Shown here: positions 56,475-64,000 of the stretch, in pieces
Numbering within the stretch: the stretch's first letter is position 1
How the letters are laid out: the number at the start of each line of letters is the position of its first letter
DNA from: Eledone cirrhosa
Lineage: Eukaryota
Reading direction: 5' to 3'
NCBI GenBank assembly: GCA_964016885.1
Contig: CAXHJY010001024.1
Location: 1-64,000, forward strand
DNA: 64,000 nt
Notes under the pieces: generated by a model
What the model was told of the DNA's origin: nothing
The model's input: the letters and a program-made list of their open reading frames with translations, nothing else
The model's database searches: none
Translations under genes and position numbers: made by a program

Positions 56475-56793
56475 AGTGAATGCAACAGGAGCCACTGGGG
56501 GAAGTATGTTGTTTCAGGCAAAGTATGTTTTGTTTCTATTTAGTTTGTAGTGTATCATTGGGTGTGTGTATATATACACATTTACTACACATACAAACAT
56601 ACATATATATATATGTGTGTGCTTGTGTATATATATAAACATATGTCTGTGTGTGCATGTGTGTATGTGCATGGAGATTTTGGTTCGTCAAGTATGAAAT
56701 TTGTAAAAATTGGTAGAGAAAAGACGAATTTCTACAAATTTCATACTTCACGACCTAATGCATGTATGTCAGTATATATATATATACGCACAC

Positions 56794-56857
<64 letters not shown>

Positions 56858-56869
56858 ATATATATGTAT

Positions 56870-57039
56870 GAATATATGTGCACATATATATATATTTATG
56901 TGCACATATATATATATATATATATGCACATATATATATATATATATATATGCACATATATATATATATATATATATATATCCACACATATATATGTGCA
57001 CATATATATGTGTGGACATATATATATATATATGTGCAC

Positions 57040-57070
<31 letters not shown>

Positions 57071-57392
57071 CACATATATATATATATATATATGTGCACA
57101 TATATATGTATATATATGTGCATATATATATATATATATATATGTGCATATATATATATATATATGTGCATATATATATATATATATGTGCATATATATA
57201 TATATGTGCACATATATATATATATATATGTGCACATATATATATATATATGTGCACATATATATATATATTATATATATGTGCACACATATATATATAT
57301 GTGCACATATATATATATATATATATGTGCACATATATATATATATAATGTGCACATATATATATATATATATGTGCACATATATATATATA

Positions 57393-57448
<56 letters not shown>

Positions 57449-57535
57449 CACACATATATATATATGTGCACATATATATATATATGTGCACATATATATG
57501 TGTGGACATATATATATATATATGTGCACATATAT
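56870..57535. repeat. (TA)n-TGTGCACA minisatellite with self-complementary units
   Basis: Direct inspection. Confidence 0.9.
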
Positions 57536-57581
57536 ATATTTATGTGTGTGTGTGTGTGTGTGTATAATATACATACGCAGG

Positions 57582-57612
<31 letters not shown>

Positions 57613-57727
57613 GGTGTCGTTGGTGAAATATGCACTTAAACAGTGAGATATTCCGTTACAATAATTGCTGTCTCGGATTAACTAAAACAAATATTGAATT
57701 AATTGATTGTAAATATATATATTGACA

Positions 57728-57772
<45 letters not shown>

Positions 57773-58041
57773 CACACACATATATATATATATTTATATA
57801 CATATATATATATGTATATATACAATGATATTAAATATCCCTTCTACTTATATGTATATATGTATACAAACGTATATATGTCTATATATATAGTAATATA
57901 TTAATATATACATATATGCATATATATATATATATATAGATGCATATAAGTATATATATATATGTATATACATATATATATATATATACATATATATATA
58001 TGTATATATATATATACTTATATATTTATACTTATATATAT

Positions 58042-58097
<56 letters not shown>

Positions 58098-58147
58098 TTC
58101 AACAGCTTTCTAATAAAAGTGAGTGTACATTTTTTGTAGACACACTG

Positions 58148-58220
<73 letters not shown>

Positions 58221-58281
58221 CATACACATATATTTATACATATATATATATATATATACATACATACACATATATTTATAC

Positions 58282-58334
<53 letters not shown>

Positions 58335-58469
58335 AGTGTAATTTTCTACACAAAACGAAGGTTATAGAGAAAATTGAGGTTGGTAATGGCACATGGAATA
58401 TATAAGAGACAGAATACTTTTTTGTGAAAAAACATAATTTTATAAGGTAAGGAAATAATAAAGGGTATA

Positions 58470-58518
58470 AAAAATGACCGGTTTCGATGGGTCTGCAAAA
58501 GCCATCTTTTCAAATGTT
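58470..58518 (-). ncRNA. Degenerate minimal hammerhead
   Basis: Minus strand aacat-TTGAAAA-GATGG...CCATC-GAAAC-cg-GTC-atttt; palindromic ACCGGT; two core transitions. Confidence 0.55.
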
Positions 58519-58808
58519 GATTAATATTAAGAAAAATTAATAATACGAAGAGTTAAAATTTGAGACTTGAAAATTCAAGTATAAAATTCATTGTGGGATT
58601 TCATAGCAGTTTTCATCTAGGTAGCAACAACAGGTTGACTCTATATATATATATATATACACATTTATTTATACATACTTAAAAATGGAATGGGAATAAA
58701 AAGAAAGAACGGGTAGGGGGTGGGGGGTTCTCACCAGTTATCTACTGGGGTTTTCGGAGATTTCCACACTTCAAAGACAATATATCTACCCCCAGAACGT
58801 ATATATGT

Positions 58809-59059
<251 letters not shown>

Positions 59060-59072
59060 CTATATCTATGTA

Positions 59073-59121
<49 letters not shown>

Positions 59122-59138
59122 CTATCTATGTATATATG

Positions 59139-59223
<85 letters not shown>

Positions 59224-59490
59224 ATGTATATATATATATATGTGTGTGTATGTATATATGTATATATATATATATATATTTGTATATATATCTATGTATA
59301 TATGTATGTATATATATATATATATATTTGTGTATATATATATATATATATATGCATATATATATGTGTATATATACATATATACATATATATATGTATA
59401 TATATGTGTATGTACATATATCTGTATACTTATAAATACACACATATATACATATATATATATACACACAAATATCTATAAACCTATGCA

Positions 59491-59534
<44 letters not shown>

Positions 59535-59713
59535 TACACACACACATACATGCCTATACAATTATATATATATATATACATATATTTATTTAATATCATT
59601 GTATATATATATATATATATATATACGCATGTCTATATATATGTCTCTCTCTCTCTCTCTATCTCTCTTTCTCTCCCTCTCTCTATATATATATATATAC
59701 ATACATATGTCTA

Positions 59714-59765
<52 letters not shown>

Positions 59766-59859
59766 CATACATACATATGTATATAGATATGTATATATAC
59801 AGCCACACAAACAAGTTTATATACGCTATTCAATTTCCTCTACCTCGATATATACAAAC

Positions 59860-59980
59860 ACCACGCCTGCGCAGCTGAGTGCTGGTGGTCCTTTATGTAC
59901 GTCAGACCGGAAGTGCCCTACTGTTAGTTCAAAAAGGGTCACTTCAGCGGTCGCCACCAGAGGGCCAACCGGATGTTGAC
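59860..59980. promoter_or_regulatory. Candidate cis-regulatory module (CTCF, 2x ETS, NRF1-like, CRE half-site)
   Basis: cgcctgcgca 59864-59873; tacgtca 59898-59904; accggaagtg 59906-59915; cgccaccagagggc 59952-59965; accggatgt 59968-59976; CpG-rich sequence unique in this window. Confidence 0.5.
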
Positions 59981-60133
59981 CTGCTGGATTTCACAGAATC
60001 CTATTTTTTTTTTTTTTGCTTCCTTTTGCTGCTGTTGTTGTTGTTGTTGTTAGTGGTGGTGTTGGCGTGGTGGTGGTGGTGGTGGTGGTGGTGAAGGTGG
60101 TTGTGGTGCTGGTGGAGGGTCTGTGGTTTTTCT

Positions 60134-60190
<57 letters not shown>

Positions 60191-60193
<3 letters not shown>

Positions 60194-60252
60194 TGAAAAG
60201 ATTCAGGACCCCAACGGCTGAGCTCCGGCCGTTTCGACAGCTAGATCCGAAT
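60191..60252 (-). mobile_element. Diverged family B arm fragment
   Basis: Minus strand agctgtc-GAAACGGC-cgGAGCTCa-GCCGTT-ggggtc. Confidence 0.65.
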
Positions 60253-60295
60253 ATATATATATATATACACACATATATATATATATATACACACA

Positions 60296-60331
<36 letters not shown>

Positions 60332-60332
60332 C

Positions 60333-60543
60333 GTAGGTCCCGGGTTGAGTCGGGGATAACCACAGTAAGTAAGGTACTCAATACATGGCAGAGTAAATTT
60401 TTATTTTTTTTTTATTTTTTTTATTTTATAGAAGGAGCTTCTACAGGACTAGTACTGTTTCATTCAGATGAAATCTTCAGGAAGATCTTCCTGAAGATTT
60501 CATCTGAATGAAACAGTACTAGTCCTGTAGAAGCTCCTTCTAT

Positions 60544-60549
<6 letters not shown>
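60333..60549 (-). mobile_element. Family A element with perfect 128-bp palindrome (60422-60549) and HHR on both strands
   Basis: cttc-CTGAAGA-tTTCatctGAAt-GAAA-CAG-tACTAGTc-CTG-TA-gaag (plus 60487-60533) and its mirror; tail 60333-60421. Confidence 0.85.
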
Positions 60550-60621
<72 letters not shown>

Positions 60622-60622
<1 letters not shown>

Positions 60623-60752
60623 TGTATCCCGTTTTCGATCGAGGCTAACCACAGTAAGTAAGGTACTCAATACATTACATAGCAGAGTAATACTTAATAT
60701 AGAAATGGCTTCTACAGGACTGGAAGTGTTTCATTCAGAGGAAATCATCAGG
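60622..60752 (-). mobile_element. Family A copy without inverted arm
   Basis: Minus strand CTGATGA-tttcctctgaat-GAAAC...CTGTAgaagcc...tattgagtaccttacttactgtggtt. Confidence 0.75.
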
Positions 60753-60804
60753 TTTCCTTCGCTGCTAAGTCCCTAAAGAGGGAGTGATTCGGGCCCCAGA
60801 TTAT

Positions 60805-60972
60805 GCATACGGTGGCTGTGATTTAACGGATATTTAGCTGCTGTTTCTAGCATCGCCAATGAGATCTCCCTTGCTGCCAAGTCCCTAAAATCTGAGTGGT
60901 GATGGCCCCTAGATTATACGTAGATAGGGACCCGACACGTGGGGTGTGATTTGAGGGATATTTAGCTGCTTT
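60805..60972 (-). mobile_element. SINE body fragments (duplicated)
   Basis: tgtgattt...gatatttagctgctgtttctagca; the same motif occurs on plus at 11735-11760 and 17373-17392. Confidence 0.5.
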
Positions 60973-62678
60973 TTCAATGGTGACGATGATGTTGGTAATG
61001 GTGGTGAGGCGGGAGGGGAGGGGGGTAGTAGAGGTGGTGGTAATGTTGGTGATGATGATGATGATGATGTGTTGTTGCTGGTAGTAGTGATGATGATTGT
61101 AATGATGATGGTGGTGGTGGTGTTGGTGGTGGTAATAGGAGTGGTGGTGGTGATGTTGATGGCTGTGGTGGTGGTAGTGTTGGTGATGAAGCTTCTGTCG
61201 TCGTTTTTACTGGTGGTGGTGGTGGTGGTGCTGGCAGTGGTGTTGGTGGTGGTGGTGGTAGCGGTGGTGGTGGTGGTGGTGGTTGGTGGTTGTAGTGGTG
61301 TTTGTGGTGGTGGTGGTGGTGGTAGCGGTGGTGGTGGTGGTTGGTGGTTGTAGTGGTGTTGGTGGTGGTGGTGGTAGCGGTGGTGGTGGTAGTTGGTAGT
61401 TGGTGGTTGGTGGTTGTAGTGGTGGTGGTGGTGGTTGGTGGTTGGTGGTGGTAGTGGTGTTGGTGGTGGTGGTAGTAGCGGTCGTGGTGGTGGTTGGTGG
61501 ACGGCGTTGGTGGCGTCGGGTGGATGTCGGGGTGGTGGTGTGGAAGACATGTTAGGAAATGGCTAAAACTGAACCGAGTCGTATCGTCTGCAGTTTCCGG
61601 GACATTAAACAGCAACTAGTTGTCAAAGACGACGCCACCATCACCACCGACACCATCCACCACCAACGCCACCAACACGACCACCGACGCCACCACCACG
61701 ACCACCACCACCACCACCACCACCGTCTCCAACACCACCACCACCATCCACCACCGACGCCACCAACACGACGACCACCACCACCACCACCGTCTCCAAC
61801 ACCACCACCATCATCGCCACCACCACCATCCACCACCGACGCCACCACCACGACAACCTGAACAGCCACCCCTACCACCTGCCCCCACTCCCACCCGGAC
61901 CTCCACACACCTTTTCAATTTATTTTGGTCTTCTCACCATCGTCTCCTCAGGCCGTAAATTAACTGTGACCGCCACCACCACCACCACTACCATCTCTAG
62001 TACAACTACCACCAATGCCACCGCCACCACCACTACCATCTCTAGTACAACTACCACCAATGCCACCACCACCACCACTAAACTACTACCAACACCACCA
62101 CCACAACCATCTCTAGTACAACTACCACCAATGCCACCACCACCACCACTAAACTACTACCAACACCACCACCACAACCATCTCTAGTACAACTAGCACC
62201 AATGCCACCGCCACCACTACCAAAACCATCACCACTACTACCAACACCACACCCACCTCACCACCATCATCATCACTACCAACATCTACAGAAACAACTT
62301 CACAAACACCATCACCACCACCACTACCACAAATACTACCGCCATCATCATCATCACTACCAACAACAGCATCACAACCACCATCACCATCACTACTACA
62401 ACCATCACCAACACCAATACCACCACAATCATCATCATCACTTCCAGCAACATCAACACAACCCCAATCAAGATCACCATCACAACCACCGCCATCACCA
62501 ATCCTCACAAACACCACCGCCACCACCGCCAACAACAACACCACCACCACCACCAACACCATCTACACCGCAACCGCCAACAACAACACCCCCCAACAAC
62601 ACCACCAACACACCACTCCCACCAACAACACGACCAGCACCACCGCCATTAACAACACTGCTACCCCATCAGCAACCC

Positions 62679-62709
<31 letters not shown>

Positions 62710-63050
62710 ACCCCGTCCCCCCCTCCACCTCACCGCAGCCACCCCACCCCACACCCCACCACACCTTAGCCCCCATGTCTAAAGTTTATTTACTCAAGTA
62801 CTAATGGTAGCTGTGATTAGTACAAAAGAAATGTTTATATAATGGAAGCTAGCATAGATAAAGAATCCGCCATATTGTCTTGCATACAGCAGCGCCCTCT
62901 CGTGAGGGATTTTTTTTTTCATCCACAGATGAACACAGCTGTCGGACATTTTTCAATCTGTATGTATGTATGTATGTATATATATTTAAATATATATATA
63001 TATATATACCTACACATATTTACAAAAGCATATATAGATATGACAAGGTT

Positions 63051-63084
<34 letters not shown>

Positions 63085-63419
63085 ATGTATATATATATAT
63101 ATTTATACATACATACATATATATATATACATAAATACCTCTTTGTACACATATACATGCATATATATATACCTATATGTATATACATATATATATACAT
63201 ATATATATACCTATATGTATATATATATATATACACACATATATACATACCTATATGTATATATATATATATACACACATATATACATACACACATATAC
63301 CCACACACATATATATATATATATGACATATATATCACAAGGTTTATAGTTATATATATATATGTGCTTGTATATATGTATGTATACATATATATACACA
63401 TATATACGTACATACATAC

Positions 63420-63468
<49 letters not shown>

Positions 63469-63739
63469 GTACATACATACATACATATATATATATATAT
63501 ATTCGTATATTACTCGCCAAACATGGTCTGGTTCATACTAAAGGCAATATGTAGTTATTCTATATAAATATGACTAAACCTTCAGTAATCTTTGATCGTC
63601 TGATTCTAACTCTGCCTATCGCCATATTATATTTTACATTCATTTAAAACATTTAAAAATAATTTTTCTGAAACCTTTATTAAAGAAAATCCACCAAATT
63701 ACAAGGACTTTTCTCTATCTATCTATCTATCTATCTATC

Positions 63740-64000
63740 ACCCCGAAAGGACCGAGGTCAGACACCTTTCTCTCTGGCCAACAACTGGTCCGTTTCTTCC
63801 GATATCATTTCGGAAGAAGGATCAGGATGGAGAGAGAGGTGCTGCACCCCAGCCGTTTTTATGAAAGATGGGTGAAAGTGGCGAGAATGGCCCGTGTGAA
63901 TGGGCCTTCACTCTACATCAGACTATAGGTGAGGAAGATGAAAGACCAAGGGAACACCCCTTCTCTGTGCTCCTGAGGAAAAGGGTTGCACACTTTTTTC
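63740..64000 (+). mobile_element. 5'-truncated Tx1/L1-clade LINE 3' end (ORF2 C-terminus 63740-63928 plus 3' UTR)
   Basis: TPKGPRSDTFLSGQQLVRFFRYHFGRRIRMEREVLHPSRFYERWVKVARMARVNGPSLYIRL* resembles Tx1-type ORF2 termini; starts abruptly after (CTAT)n. Confidence 0.6.

Overview
Gene-free, extremely repeat-rich eukaryotic DNA. The SINE families and the (TA)n/(CA)n/(CCA)n density look like a coleoid cephalopod (Octopus-like) intron or intergenic region; this is pattern recognition, not a database result. I can support no intact protein-coding gene, and nearly all track ORFs are microsatellite artefacts. Three things explain most of the non-simple sequence. (1) At least 8 families of short (150-450 bp) elements sit in (TA)n tracts. 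Most carry type I hammerhead ribozyme (HHR) motifs (about 20 complete, degenerate or half motifs) and many share an architecture of inverted arm + forward arm + 65-140 nt unpaired tail, consistent with non-autonomous Penelope-like or retrozyme elements. (2) There are tRNA-derived SINEs and 3' fragments of RTE, Tx1/L1 and CRE-like LINEs. (3) Many tandem arrays are amplified pieces of those mobile elements, including a 6.4-kb, 79-bp satellite made from the coding region of a restriction-like-endonuclease retrotransposon. A small CpG-rich island with CTCF/ETS/NRF1-like motifs lies near 59.9 kb. All structures were folded by eye; none was computed or tested.
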